From: Nitrospinales bacterium
GTDB taxonomy: Bacteria > Nitrospinota_A > UBA7883 > JACRGQ01
Assembly: GCA_023248535.1 (NCBI GenBank)
Contig: JAHFEJ010000004.1
Span: 3,012 to 67,011 of the forward strand
Direction of reading: 5' to 3'
Length of the DNA stretch: 64,000 bases
Part shown: piece after piece, positions 18,910 to 28,988 of the stretch
Layout of the letters: each line of letters starts with the position of its first letter
Numbering within the stretch: the stretch's first letter is position 1
Translations under genes and position numbers: made by a program
Notes under the pieces: generated by a model
Told to the model about the DNA's origin: nothing
Seen by the model: only the letters and a program-made list of their open reading frames with translations
The model's database searches: none

Positions 18910-20928
18910 CTAGGTTAAATCAAGCGTTGCTTTTCGCACGCGGGTGGTTTGGAATTCCAGCGCCTCGCGGGTTTTAGCCAGCGAATATTCGAATTCCCGT
19001 TCCAGCCGGGGATCGTTTTGCGAGGGAGGGGCGCTTACCCTCAGGTCAATCTTGTGCCCGGCCAGTTCCGCGCGCGAGAGCATGTCCGCCATTTCCATCA
19101 AAGCGGGGTTGATGCCCATACGGGTGTGGCGGAACTCGCCCCACGAATCGTGAAACACCATATCGACCCGCCGGATTTCCCCCGGCGATTCCGCCAAACC
19201 AAAGTTGGGGATCACGAACACCCGGACGACGGCTCGCTCGCCCAGATAATCGCCGCGGGATGGTTCATAGTGGTAGCCGGCAAAATAGGCATGCAGCTTG
19301 TTGAGCAGGTATTCCACATCCTCCTGGCTATAGGGAATCCCTTTTTCAGAGCGAAAGTAGAATTTTATGCCCGGTTTCCAGATGGCGTTGATGATCATCC
19401 ACACCATCATATCCACCAACGATTTCAGACGGTTGAGGGGCTGAACGGTGGAAAGTCCGGCGGTCACTTCCGAGGGGCTGCCGGTATAAAGCGCCCACCC
19501 CCGCTCTCCCCGAACCGATTTCTCAAGAAACAGCGAAAGTTTTTGCGCATCGGCCGGAATGGCCCGGTGAAAAAAAGCTATTTTGCCCGGCACCTGCTCA
19601 AAGTGGGTGAAAAGCTTGCGTCCCAACACCGTCATGTCATCCCGCGTTATATAGGTCAGCTTGTCGACATGGGTCTTCTGATAATCCGAAAGGCGGATGT
19701 AGGCATCAATGAAATAACGGTATACCCTGCCAAGGGAATTTAACCGGCGCTGGGGATCATGGGCAAACAGCTGTTGCAGGTCATCCGCTTCGTCCCCCTG
19801 CCACCCCCAGCGCTTCATAATGGCCGCCAATACCTGTTCCTTGGGCGAAAGCATTTCGGTGCGGGTCCGCAACAAGCGGTCAATGTCGTCCGGCTCAATG
19901 CCGGTTTTAAGGATGAACGCCCACTTCACCAGCGTCACCTCCTTCATCATCCCGCGTTGCACATAAAAGGCGTTGGAACGCTCGAACATCATGATATAGG
20001 GATCAATCTCCTCCAGCGGGCCGGCCGGGTCGAGAACCCGGCGTTTCACCTCCTCGCACAACAATCCCGCCAACGGATTGAACAGGTAGCTTTCCAGCAG
20101 TCCCATTTTCAACACCGACTTGAAAGGGGATCCAAGCGCCTTGTTGATCTGCCACAGAGCCGCGCCAAAGAACTCCTCTTCCTCGGCGTAAATGAGGTGC
20201 CCCAGGTCAATATATTCTTCCAGTCCTTCCATACCTTGCCGCCGCAAAGCGGTGTAAAGCCCCGCTGCTTCCAGTTCCGGGTAGTCGGGTGGAATAATCC
20301 ACCAGAGCGGTTTTCGCCCCGCCACCCAAATGGCGGTGCGGTAAAATTCGTCTTTGAACAACTTCCCCAACGCGGAGCCAACATTTTCCCGGTCCGTCTC
20401 CCCAAAAAGATTCAGGCGAAACTCGCTGATATCCTGCAAAAAGAAGTGCGCCTCCACCCGGTGCCGGGAATAGAGCCATTGCTCAATGGCGGCAAGCTTC
20501 CGTTTGAGTGAAAAAAGATCGGTCTGGGAAAACTCTTCTTTATCGATGAACAGAATGTAATCGAAATCGGATTTGTGCGTCTGCGCCACCGTTCCCAGGC
20601 TGCCGATGAGGGCGAGCGAAATTATTTTTGGCTCCTGGGCCGGATGGGCCGCCGCGCCTGGAGCGATCTCCGCCACCGCCTTCAGATGAAGTTCACGCGG
20701 AATGAAATTATGGATACCGGCGGGCGCGTCCAATACGGGCTTCAACCCCTCGATGCCGCTATAATTTGCGTGCAGCAACAGTGGCACCGCCCCAAAGACG
20801 GTGTTTTCGGCCGGGCTGAAGAGCGACACCGCGCCATAAATGCGGGCCACGTTGAACATGTCAAAGCGGTAGCGCTGCCGCCTTACCTGTTCGGGAATGA
20901 GCGGCGGCGCCGCCAAGCCGCCACTCAT
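18910..20928 (-). CDS. cyaA: Class I adenylate cyclase (CyaA-type catalytic region, shortened C-terminus)
   Basis: Alignable by eye to E. coli CyaA: nucleotidyltransferase motif ALIGSLGTVAQTHKSDFDYILFID (cf. [20 protein letters not shown]), DEFYRTAIWVAGRKPLWWIIP (cf. [21 protein letters not shown]), EEFFGAALWQINKALGSPFKSVLKMGLLESY, DPYIMMFER. Confidence 0.8.
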   Translation of the reverse strand: MSGGLAAPPLIPEQVRRQRYRFDMFNVARIYGAVSLFSPAENTVFGAVPLLLHANYSGIEGLKPVLDAPAGIHNFIPRELHLKAVAEIAPGAAAHPAQEPKIISLALIGSLGTVAQTHKSDFDYILFIDKEEFSQTDLFSLKRKLAAIEQWLYSRHRVEAHFFLQDISEFRLNLFGETDRENVGSALGKLFKDEFYRTAIWVAGRKPLWWIIPPDYPELEAAGLYTALRRQGMEGLEEYIDLGHLIYAEEEEFFGAALWQINKALGSPFKSVLKMGLLESYLFNPLAGLLCEEVKRRVLDPAGPLEEIDPYIMMFERSNAFYVQRGMMKEVTLVKWAFILKTGIEPDDIDRLLRTRTEMLSPKEQVLAAIMKRWGWQGDEADDLQQLFAHDPQRRLNSLGRVYRYFIDAYIRLSDYQKTHVDKLTYITRDDMTVLGRKLFTHFEQVPGKIAFFHRAIPADAQKLSLFLEKSVRGERGWALYTGSPSEVTAGLSTVQPLNRLKSLVDMMVWMIINAIWKPGIKFYFRSEKGIPYSQEDVEYLLNKLHAYFAGYHYEPSRGDYLGERAVVRVFVIPNFGLAESPGEIRRVDMVFHDSWGEFRHTRMGINPALMEMADMLSRAELAGHKIDLRVSAPPSQNDPRLEREFEYSLAKTREALEFQTTRVRKATLDLT

Positions 20929-21082
20929 GGTTTTTCCCGCGCCGCGTGGATGTCAATATCTCCTGAGGACATCATGCCGATATATTACCCTTATCGGGAC
21001 ATCTTTTCCCCCGTAACAATGAAGAACGGGCCATAACCGGATATTTGCCCAATATCCGGCTCCCGGCTGTTATAATCGCCCG

Positions 21083-22366
21083 ATGGAAACATTCAAACAC
21101 AAGCTCTCAATACTCCCGGGGAACCTCCGTTGCCTTACCATACCGGTGCCGATGAACCGCTCGATGACCCTGTTGGTGCTGGTGCGGGTGGGAAGCCGCT
21201 ATGAAACAAAGGAGATTAACGGCATTTCGCACTTTATGGAACATATGTTCTTCAAGGGGGCGGAGAAGTACCCCGACACGATGGCGGTGGCGGGCGCCAT
21301 CGACGGCGCGGGGGGAAGCTTTAACGCATTCACCGGCGAGGAAATCGTCGGGTACTACGTCAAAATATCGTCCGCGCGCAAGGAGATCGCCTACGATGTG
21401 CTCTCGGACATGCTTCTGCACGCCAAATTCGACGCGGCGGAGATCGCCCGCGAACGGGGGGTGATCATCGAGGAGATCCGGATGCACCATGACGATCCGC
21501 AGAACCAGGTGTATCAGGATTTCCACCGCCTCGTTTTCGGTGATCAGCCGCTCGGCTGGGATATCGCTGGCACTGAAGAACGGGTGACCGCCATGTCGCA
21601 TGATCACTTCGCGGAACACCACCGCCGCTTCTATTACGGCGCGAACACGGTGATCACCGCGGCCGGCGGCATAACCCCCGGCGAACACGAAGCGCTATGC
21701 GAAAAATATTTCCGCTTCGCCGCCGCGGGAACCGCCCCCGCCATGCCGGCCCCTTTCGCGCGGCAGGAAGCGGACCGCATGCTCATCCGCGAGCGGGATA
21801 CCGAGCAGGCTCACTTTGTTTTCGGTTTTCCCGCCTGCGCGGCGGAGACCGAGGACGAAAAAGTGCTGAAGGTGGCCTCCGTCATTTTGGGCGGTTCCAT
21901 GAGTTCGCGCCTTTTTTACCAGATACGCGAGCGGCGCGGGCTGGCCTATTACGTCAACGCCTCGTTCTCCCCGTATCAGGATACCGGCGTGTTCCAGGTG
22001 AGCGCCGGTGTGAACCTGGACAAAATACAGGACGCGCTCAAATACGCGCTGGAGGAAATGGACAAGCTGAAACGCGAACCGGTGACGGATGAAGAGCTGG
22101 CGCGTTCGAAGGAGAACATCAAAGGGCATACCGATCTGGCACTTGAGGACAGCCGCCGGGTCGCCAGCCTCTACGGGGTGCGCGAACTGCTATACAACAA
22201 CATAAAGACCCCTGAAATGCTGGCGGCCGAAGTCGATAGCGTGACGGCGGAACAGATTCAAGCCGCCGCGCAACGCTATTTCACCGACGCCGCCATGAAG
22301 CTCGCCGTCGTCGGCCCCCTTAAGCGGGACGATACGTGGGATAAAGCTTTCCGCCTCTCGGTTTGA
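21083..22366 (+). CDS. M16 family zinc peptidase (insulinase/PqqL-like)
   Basis: Inverted zinc-binding motif HFMEHMFFKG (HxxEH) plus downstream Glu; two M16 domains in 427 aa. Confidence 0.9.
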   Translation: METFKHKLSILPGNLRCLTIPVPMNRSMTLLVLVRVGSRYETKEINGISHFMEHMFFKGAEKYPDTMAVAGAIDGAGGSFNAFTGEEIVGYYVKISSARKEIAYDVLSDMLLHAKFDAAEIARERGVIIEEIRMHHDDPQNQVYQDFHRLVFGDQPLGWDIAGTEERVTAMSHDHFAEHHRRFYYGANTVITAAGGITPGEHEALCEKYFRFAAAGTAPAMPAPFARQEADRMLIRERDTEQAHFVFGFPACAAETEDEKVLKVASVILGGSMSSRLFYQIRERRGLAYYVNASFSPYQDTGVFQVSAGVNLDKIQDALKYALEEMDKLKREPVTDEELARSKENIKGHTDLALEDSRRVASLYGVRELLYNNIKTPEMLAAEVDSVTAEQIQAAAQRYFTDAAMKLAVVGPLKRDDTWDKAFRLSV

Positions 22367-22376
22367 ACCCCGGAAG

Positions 22377-23111
22377 CTACAGCTTCGTCTTGAGAAACGC
22401 CTGGGCGACGATATCGATTTCCTTAACGGTAAGGTCGCGTTTCATTTCCATGAAAGAGCGGGAGCGGGAGATGATGTTGAGCAGCCATTTCCGCTGTTCA
22501 GGCTCGGTCTTCTTATGCAGCAACAGGCGGAAGCGGGTGGTGATGTCCTTGACGAGGGCCTTCACCTCGGCATCCGCCACTAACGCGTTCACATCGACCA
22601 GGCGGGTAACTTCGTTGCGATAGGCCTCTTTCTTCCTGTCGCAAAGGTCTTCGTACTGGTGGATCAATTCGGTGCCATGCGCCTGTTTCAACGCCATGAT
22701 GATCCCCTCGGCGACCTGGCGCGGCACAAAACCGTCCACCGGCTCAACCAGCAGCCTTTCGCTCGTCTCTTCATCTTTAGGGAAATGCACTTCGATATCG
22801 AACAGCAGCGCGCGCCCCAGATAATCGTGCCGGACCTCTTCCCATTTCCGCCTCTGCAGGTATTTGGTCATCCGCTCGTTGAACGCGGTGGTCGTGGTGG
22901 ACGCCACGCGCTGGATTTCCGGCATCATTTCGGCCAGCGCCTTATTGATCTGGTCGCGCGGCACGCCCGCCTTGAGAAGCTTCTGCACGAACGTGGTAAG
23001 CACCTCTTTGAACCCCTGCGAAAAAAAGGGGGTTGTCAGCGCTTTCGGAAGCGATTCATCCGGCTCCACCGGGGGGGCCGGGGCCGCATTCCTTTCCATT
23101 TGCCCTATCAT
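22377..23111 (-). CDS. Hypothetical protein (244 aa, no recognised domain)
   Basis: Long intact ORF with genome-typical composition, convergent with the M16 peptidase (10-bp spacer); no motif recognised by eye. Confidence 0.45.
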   Translation of the reverse strand: MIGQMERNAAPAPPVEPDESLPKALTTPFFSQGFKEVLTTFVQKLLKAGVPRDQINKALAEMMPEIQRVASTTTTAFNERMTKYLQRRKWEEVRHDYLGRALLFDIEVHFPKDEETSERLLVEPVDGFVPRQVAEGIIMALKQAHGTELIHQYEDLCDRKKEAYRNEVTRLVDVNALVADAEVKALVKDITTRFRLLLHKKTEPEQRKWLLNIISRSRSFMEMKRDLTVKEIDIVAQAFLKTKL

Positions 23112-23250
23112 CGTTGTTTAATTGTACCGCACTCGGGCAAATATGCAAAAAATATGGCGATTTGACCCCTAAGGGGCATTTAAGGGGGAGCTTTTGCACT
23201 CGAAAATGCTATTATAACCCCCAATGCCGAAGGGCACTTTTGGGAGAAAG

Positions 23251-24396
23251 ATGAAAAACCGCTTTCGTTTTCTTTTTGCCGGATTGGCGGCAATACTCTG
23301 GCTTCCGGCAACGACCCACGCCGCGGGCTACCCGCTTCAGCTTGACGGCGATACCTTCGCCACACTGAGCGTCCGGATACAGGCCGCCGCGGTTCTGGCG
23401 CAGGATCAGGCCGGCGCCGCCAATGGCGACGCCTCGCAGGGGGGTACTCATTATGATTTCTTCGCGCGGCGCATTCAGTTACTCGCCGCCGGACAGGTGA
23501 CCCCCGCCCTCTCGTTCATGATCATGATGGAGCATGCCCGCTACGGCGAAAACTACTCCCGTGGCACCGGCATCCAGACAGCCGACGCGTGGGTGCAATG
23601 GAACATGTCCGAAGCGTTCCACCTGATGACCGGAGCCTACCTTCCGCCATTCTCGCGCAACCAGCTTACCTCCGCGATGTACTTCATCGGGCCGGACCGC
23701 CCGATCTTGGAGAGCATGATGCTGGAATCCCCCGGCATGTACGAAAAGCGGGATCGTGGCGCCGTCCTCTGGGGCAACTTCAGCGGGCTGCAATACCGCG
23801 TTGCCGTTGGCAAAGGGGCAAAGAGCAGGGTTTTGGGCGACGAAACGCTCCGCACTACGTGGCGCGTGCACTATGCATTCCTGGATCCCGAGCCGGTTTA
23901 TTACTACAAGGAAAGCTACCTGGGAAAATCGCGCATCTTCACCGCCGGTTATTCCGTGGACAAACAGGATAAAGTCTCGCTGGATCCCGGCGGCAATCCC
24001 GCCCCTTACAGCGCGTGGACCTCCGACCTGCTCATGGAGGGGGGTGACGGCGGCACCATTTACACCGTACTCTACGCGTATTACAAATACGACTGGGGGA
24101 ACCCCGACCGCACCGGCACGGACGGCTTTTATCTGCAGGGCACCGGATGGACGCTGACCACCGCCTATCTGTCGGCAGGGATGCAGCCATACCTCCGTTA
24201 CACCGATTGGGTCGCCGCCAGCCTGGCCCCCAGCGCCAAGCAGAAGCGGTGGGCCATCGGGACGAATTACTACCTGAAGGGGCACGAATCAAAGTTCACG
24301 TTCGAATACGAGTCCATCAGCTTCGATCTCGAAGGCCCCACATACGATATGAAGAACCACGGCGTCTTCACCCTCCAGTTTCAAACCGCGTTTTAG
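23251..24396 (+). CDS. Outer-membrane beta-barrel protein (porin-like)
   Basis: Signal peptide MKNRFRFLFAGLAAILWLPATTHAAG; alternating amphipathic beta-strand pattern; C-terminal ...TLQFQTAF with terminal Phe typical of OMPs. Confidence 0.6.
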   Translation: MKNRFRFLFAGLAAILWLPATTHAAGYPLQLDGDTFATLSVRIQAAAVLAQDQAGAANGDASQGGTHYDFFARRIQLLAAGQVTPALSFMIMMEHARYGENYSRGTGIQTADAWVQWNMSEAFHLMTGAYLPPFSRNQLTSAMYFIGPDRPILESMMLESPGMYEKRDRGAVLWGNFSGLQYRVAVGKGAKSRVLGDETLRTTWRVHYAFLDPEPVYYYKESYLGKSRIFTAGYSVDKQDKVSLDPGGNPAPYSAWTSDLLMEGGDGGTIYTVLYAYYKYDWGNPDRTGTDGFYLQGTGWTLTTAYLSAGMQPYLRYTDWVAASLAPSAKQKRWAIGTNYYLKGHESKFTFEYESISFDLEGPTYDMKNHGVFTLQFQTAF

Positions 24397-24405
24397 CCTC
24401 TCCAT

Positions 24406-24606
24406 GTCATGCCGGGCTTGACCCGGCACCCAGAAAAATTATCAATGCTTCCCTCAATCGGCCCCTTGGGCCGAGGTACATGCTGAGAGCATGTACCCGC
24501 CGGGCTTCCGGGTGAGTACACAATTCATTGTGTACGCTGGCGCGCCAGCGCCAAGAGAGGTCGGCCCGTACGGGCCGATGTACCCAATAAATTGTGTACC
24601 CACCCA
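24406..24606. mobile_element. MITE-like element, family A (left hairpin TIR + REP-palindrome core; right TIR missing)
   Basis: GTCATGCCGGGCTTGACCCGGCACCCAGAAAAATTATCAATGCTTCC matches the TIRs of the copies at 45822, 53352 and 62347; followed by palindromes GTACATGCTGAGAGCATGTAC, GTACACAATTCATTGTGTAC, TGGCGCGCCAGCGCCA, GGCCCGTACGGGCC, GTACCCAATAAATTGTGTACC. Confidence 0.5.
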
Positions 24607-24679
24607 GGAATGCGGAAGAAAAAGAAAAGGGGGTCTTTTTTCAAAGGCCCCCTTCGTGCGGTTTTAAAGAACCGGTTTG

Positions 24680-26524
24680 TTATTTAACCGGCTTTGCTAT
24701 CCCTGACACTCCCGGTTTTGCGTAGGGAAGGTATCCAGAAGCATACGCAGTGGTTGTAGGTGTAGCAACAACTACGCTGCCGCTTGCATTGACCGTCATG
24801 GTCGCCGCAACAAACCAACCATTCACGTTCGTACTATTAAACGTATAGGTCCACGGCCCGTAGCTGTTGCTGCCGAGCTGGAGCGACACCACGATATCCG
24901 CCTTGGCATCGCCATGCAGCGAATACGAATGCACCGCAAGGACGTAGAACCCCTGCGCCAGTTTAGAGGCGGTCATGTGTTCCGGCCCGTAGCCGTTCGT
25001 ATCGTCGATGTCGTAAAGGATGTCGCAACTTGTGTTGCTGTCCACGCTCACGCCGGCATAATTTGAGCCGGTATCGGTGCACGCATAGCCAGTCTGGCTA
25101 AAGCCGCTTGCATAATATATATGCCAGAGGGCCGTGGCGGGGGTAAGGGTAGCTGCTGTACTGGCTGGAGCCGTGCTGTAGAAGAAAAGGTGGGTATCCA
25201 TATCGGAGTTTGATGTGGATGTGCCATTGCTCCAGGTAAGCGTCGCCGTCATCGTGTTGGCCGTAACGGTGCCGCTGTTGCCCGACGAGGTGGTGGTGCT
25301 GGCGCCGGTGCTCGCCGTGAAGACGCCGCTCCCCTCGTTCATGGTGGGGTAGTTGCACTGCGCGCCCGTCATGGCGCTGACGCTGGCGAAGGATTGGGCC
25401 GTCTGCCCGGTAACGGTGACCGTCACGGTGCCATCCGCGGCGTAGACTACGGTGGTGTTGCCGTTTATGGTAATGCTTCCCGCCGTGGTATGTGCGCTGG
25501 CGAAGGTGTACCGGATCGGGGTATTCGTCACCACCGAGAACGTGCCGCCGTCGCAGAACGAGGCCGGCGTATAGGTGATGGAGGCGGTTCCGCTAATGGA
25601 AACATCCTGATAGGTGGTGGTGGTCGTGGTGGCGGTGGTGAAATTGGTGAACGAGGCGGTAACGCTGTACGCCACGCTGGAAGCCGTCCAGTCATCCTTG
25701 AAGGAGCCATTCATCTTGACGGTGTTGGTGGTTGTCGTATGGGCCGTTTCGACTATCAGGTTGGTGAACGTGAACGTTGAAGCGCTGGCGGTTCCCGACA
25801 TATAGTCGGTCAGGGTCATCGTCCCGTTCGCCGTATCGCTAAAGGTGTAACTGCCGGTGGCGGTGCCGGCCGTATAGGTGCTTGTCAACGTAATGGCCGA
25901 CGACATTTTTGAGACAAGGGTGGTATACGTCGTGCCGCTTACGTTGTAGGCCAACATGACGAGGGGAGTGGCGGAGGTGCCAAGGGTAATGCTGAAAGAA
26001 TTGGCGCTGCCGGAAACGGTGATCGTTCCATCCATCTGGACGCCCGCTTCGCGGCAGGTGTTAAACGTCATGCTTACCGCTGTCGCGCTGGTGGCGGAGA
26101 AAGTGGCCGTGCCTCCGTCGGTGCAGGCAACCGAACCGGAAGTCGCCGCGCGGGCGCCTGCCACGGCCTTTTGATGCTGGCCGATCTTGTTAAAAACCGA
26201 CAATGCCGCCATCTTGCCGGTAGCCTGCGAGAGGGTGTTTACTTTGGCATCGGACGATTGAAGCGGGACGGGCGATGCCGTCTTCGGCGCCGCAACCGTG
26301 CCCCCCATCGAGGTGACCGATATTTTGTCTATATTGGAAAAGGTGGTGCTGGCGCCCTGAGCCATCGATGCCGCCTGCACATTGGAAGAAGTTGCCTGTG
26401 TGCCTGCCGCCGCGGTGCTGATTGTGGTTGTTGTGGTTGCTGGCGCAGTAGTGCCGCCGCCACCGCCGCCGCCGCAAGCCGCGATAAACGATCCGATCAT
26501 AAGAGTAATGATCAGCTTCTTCAT
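24680..26524 (-). CDS. Large Thr/Ser/Gly/Ala-rich surface lipoprotein with C-terminal PPC-like (pre-peptidase C-terminal) beta-sandwich domain
   Basis: Lipoprotein signal MKKLIITLMIGSFIAAC (lipobox) then Gly-run; ~45% T/S/A/G low-complexity body; C-terminal region (DILYDIDDTNGYGPEH...GFYVLAVHSYSLHGDAKADIVVSL) resembles the PPC domain pattern. Confidence 0.6.
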   Translation of the reverse strand: MKKLIITLMIGSFIAACGGGGGGGTTAPATTTTTISTAAAGTQATSSNVQAASMAQGASTTFSNIDKISVTSMGGTVAAPKTASPVPLQSSDAKVNTLSQATGKMAALSVFNKIGQHQKAVAGARAATSGSVACTDGGTATFSATSATAVSMTFNTCREAGVQMDGTITVSGSANSFSITLGTSATPLVMLAYNVSGTTYTTLVSKMSSAITLTSTYTAGTATGSYTFSDTANGTMTLTDYMSGTASASTFTFTNLIVETAHTTTTNTVKMNGSFKDDWTASSVAYSVTASFTNFTTATTTTTTYQDVSISGTASITYTPASFCDGGTFSVVTNTPIRYTFASAHTTAGSITINGNTTVVYAADGTVTVTVTGQTAQSFASVSAMTGAQCNYPTMNEGSGVFTASTGASTTTSSGNSGTVTANTMTATLTWSNGTSTSNSDMDTHLFFYSTAPASTAATLTPATALWHIYYASGFSQTGYACTDTGSNYAGVSVDSNTSCDILYDIDDTNGYGPEHMTASKLAQGFYVLAVHSYSLHGDAKADIVVSLQLGSNSYGPWTYTFNSTNVNGWFVAATMTVNASGSVVVATPTTTAYASGYLPYAKPGVSGIAKPVK

Positions 26525-26704
26525 GACACCCTCCATATTTCTTGCCTGTTTGACCTAAAATCTCTCAACTCCATTCTAACGCCACTTTCCCGTTTTGCGT
26601 GGCTTTGTTCACTAAATTGGGAAAGAATGACGTCGATCGCTAAAGACTTGCTATTAGATGTAAAAAGATGAAGAACACGGTTCATGCGAACCGCCCGCCC
26701 GCGC

Positions 26705-28177
26705 TTATTTTCCGCCGAGCCGTTCAAGCCAGGCGCGGGCGCGGGTTTCGGGATCGGAATGCCCGGTAACATCGGTGATGACGCTCACCATATCCGCGCC
26801 TGTATCCAAAACTTCGCCCGCACGTTCCAGCGTGATCCCCCCGATGGCGGCCAACGGATAATTGAACAACCGCTTCCAAAGCCGCACGGCATCAAGCCCC
26901 TGCGGGGCAAAGGCCATCGACTTTATCTTTGTGGGATAAATGGGGCCTAGCGCGATGTAAGAGGGAGACAGGCCATGTGCGACTGCCGCCTCGTGATAGC
27001 AGTGGGTGCTGACGCCAAGCCGCAGTCCCGCCGCGCAGATGGCGGCGATATCAGCGGCCAGAATATCCTCCTGCCCCAAATGCACCCCGTACGCGCCATG
27101 CTTTATGGCAAGCCGCCAAAAATCGTTTATAAAAAGCCGGATGCTTCTTTCGCGGCAAAACGCCACGCTTTTGATTATCTCGCTCTCCAACCCGGCCCCC
27201 TCCAGAGTTTTTACCCGGAGCTGCATGATCCTCACACCGCACTCCGCCAGCCGCTTCACCCACTCGAACGAATCGACGATCGGATAAAAATCCGGCCACG
27301 GTACCTCGATGGCGGGGAACGGCTGAGGCTCAACTGCTGGATGCCGCACGACCCACGGAAAATCCGCCGGTTCGCAGGGGAACGGCGGCGGCTCCTCCGC
27401 CGCCGCACGGTAGGCATGCTGCATGAATCCGCGCGCCATGACAATCGCGTCGCGCATTTCAAGGCCGTGGGCCATACCCGCCGCGATGGCGGTGGCCAGG
27501 TTGGCGATCATCCCTTTGTGTTCCGACACACGTTGCGGCTGCAACCTGTTTGTGGCTATCCAATAACGCTCAGTCCCGTCGGTGAACTAATCAAAGACAG
27601 CGGTTCCTCCCGGCAGTTGCCCCCCTTTCAGCAACACCGCCTTGGGCCCCATACCCAAAACCTCTTCGGCGGCCCGCACCATCTGATCGTGATCAACAAT
27701 AGGCCTGTTGAGCAACTGCTCGGCCTCGTCGATATCGGGGGTAAAAAGAGCAGTAACGGGAAATACGTTTTTCGTGATGAAATCGGCCGTTTCGGCATCA
27801 ATGTGGTTTTCCGAGAGCGAACCAAAAACGTCGCCATCCAGAATAACCCGCGCATCCGCCCCTTCCAGAGCGTGAAGCAACACCGCGAGGTGCCCCTCAT
27901 CGTAAACCGGCCCCACCTTAACAACCGGATGCCCTCCCGCTTCATCAAGCGCGGCGTCAAGATCATCGAGAAAATCGTCTGGATGGGTGAGCGACAGATG
28001 CACCGGTTCGCCGGGAATCATCACCATGGACGAGGTAATGGCGGGGCGCAGCGGCATGTCGAGCGCATCGAGCGTCCGCTCGTCGCATTCCAGGCTGCCG
28101 GGGCGGTCGATGCCATGCTCCCCGGCGGCGATGACGAAAGGGGCCTTGAGTCCGTCCTTTACGTTGGGGTGGCGCAC
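26705..28177 (-). pseudogene. thiDE: thiD-thiE fusion (HMP-P kinase + thiamine-phosphate synthase) interrupted by one in-frame TAG
   Basis: Upstream ORF (27587..28177) aligns to ThiD (VLLKGGQL cf. VLMKGGHL; TPDIDEAEQLL cf. TPNLPEAAALL) and stops at TAG 27587-27589. The same frame continues ...D*FTDGTERYW...SEHKGMIANLATAIAA (cf. E. coli DWLFTREGEQRF...NTHGTGCTLSAALAA) and then ThiE (FPAIEVPWPDFYPIVDSFEWVKRLAECGVRIMQLRVK, RLFINDFWRLAIKHGAYGVHLGQED). The ThiD N-terminal GGAG motif also looks degenerate. Confidence 0.65.
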
Positions 28178-28196
28178 GTCGCGTCCGGGTGCCGTA

Positions 28197-28988
28197 TTAT
28201 TTTTTCTCCTGGTGCCAAAACGGCGTGCCGACCACCGGGGTGGAGGGGGTGGCGAACTCGCGCTCCGGCATCATCCCGGCCTGATACGCCTTGCGCCCCG
28301 CATCTATCGCCATCGCGAAGGCGCGGGCCATCTCCACCGGATCGCGCGCCAGCGAAACGGCGGTGTTCAGCAACACGCCGTCGAACCCCATCTCCATCAC
28401 GGCCGCGGCGTGGCTCGGCTTTCCCAGCCCCGCGTCGATGATACAGGGGACATCCTTGAACCGGGCGCGGAATGTTCTTAACGAATGGGGGTTCGCCGGG
28501 CCGCGCCCGCTGCCGATGGGGGCCGCCCACGGCATCAGCACCTTGCAACCGGCGTCCAGCAGCCGTTCGGCGAAAACGAGGTCGTCCGTCATATAGGGGA
28601 ACACCTCGAAACCTTCTTTGATAAGTATCTTGGCCGCCTCCACCGTGCCGAATGGATCGGGCTGGAGGTTGTAGTCGTCGCCGATAACCTCCAGTTTTAT
28701 CCAATCGGTGTTGAACACTTCACGGGCCATGCGAGACACCGTCAGCGCATCCTTCACGCTGTAGCACCCGGCGGTGTTCGGCAGGATGTTGAGCTGCATC
28801 TCCTTCAACAGGTTCAGGAAGGCGTTGCTGTCCCATTTGCCGCTGCCGTAACGGCGCAGCGACACGGTGACCACTTCGGAGCCGGATGCCTCGATCGCCT
28901 GCCGCATGGTCTCCGGCGAGGGATACCGGGCCGTGCCGATAAGAAACCTGCTGAATAATTCTTTGCCGCCCAAACGCAACATCGTCAA
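28197..28988 (-). CDS. thiG: Thiazole synthase ThiG
   Basis: 263 aa; [22 protein letters not shown]... and C-terminal [28 protein letters not shown] are canonical ThiG. Confidence 0.9.
   Translation of the reverse strand: MTMLRLGGKELFSRFLIGTARYPSPETMRQAIEASGSEVVTVSLRRYGSGKWDSNAFLNLLKEMQLNILPNTAGCYSVKDALTVSRMAREVFNTDWIKLEVIGDDYNLQPDPFGTVEAAKILIKEGFEVFPYMTDDLVFAERLLDAGCKVLMPWAAPIGSGRGPANPHSLRTFRARFKDVPCIIDAGLGKPSHAAAVMEMGFDGVLLNTAVSLARDPVEMARAFAMAIDAGRKAYQAGMMPEREFATPSTPVVGTPFWHQEKK

Noticed and set aside
24625-24665. AAGGGGG...CCCCCTT inverted repeat downstream of the lipoprotein gene as a terminator
   Set aside because: Loop is ~14 nt and the trailing T-run is short. Could be a weak bidirectional terminator, but evidence is insufficient.
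26975-28441. 488-aa plus-strand ORF antisense to thiD/thiE/thiG
   Set aside because: Arg/Pro/Gly-rich translation typical of a shadow ORF on the opposite strand of real high-GC genes, with no domain.
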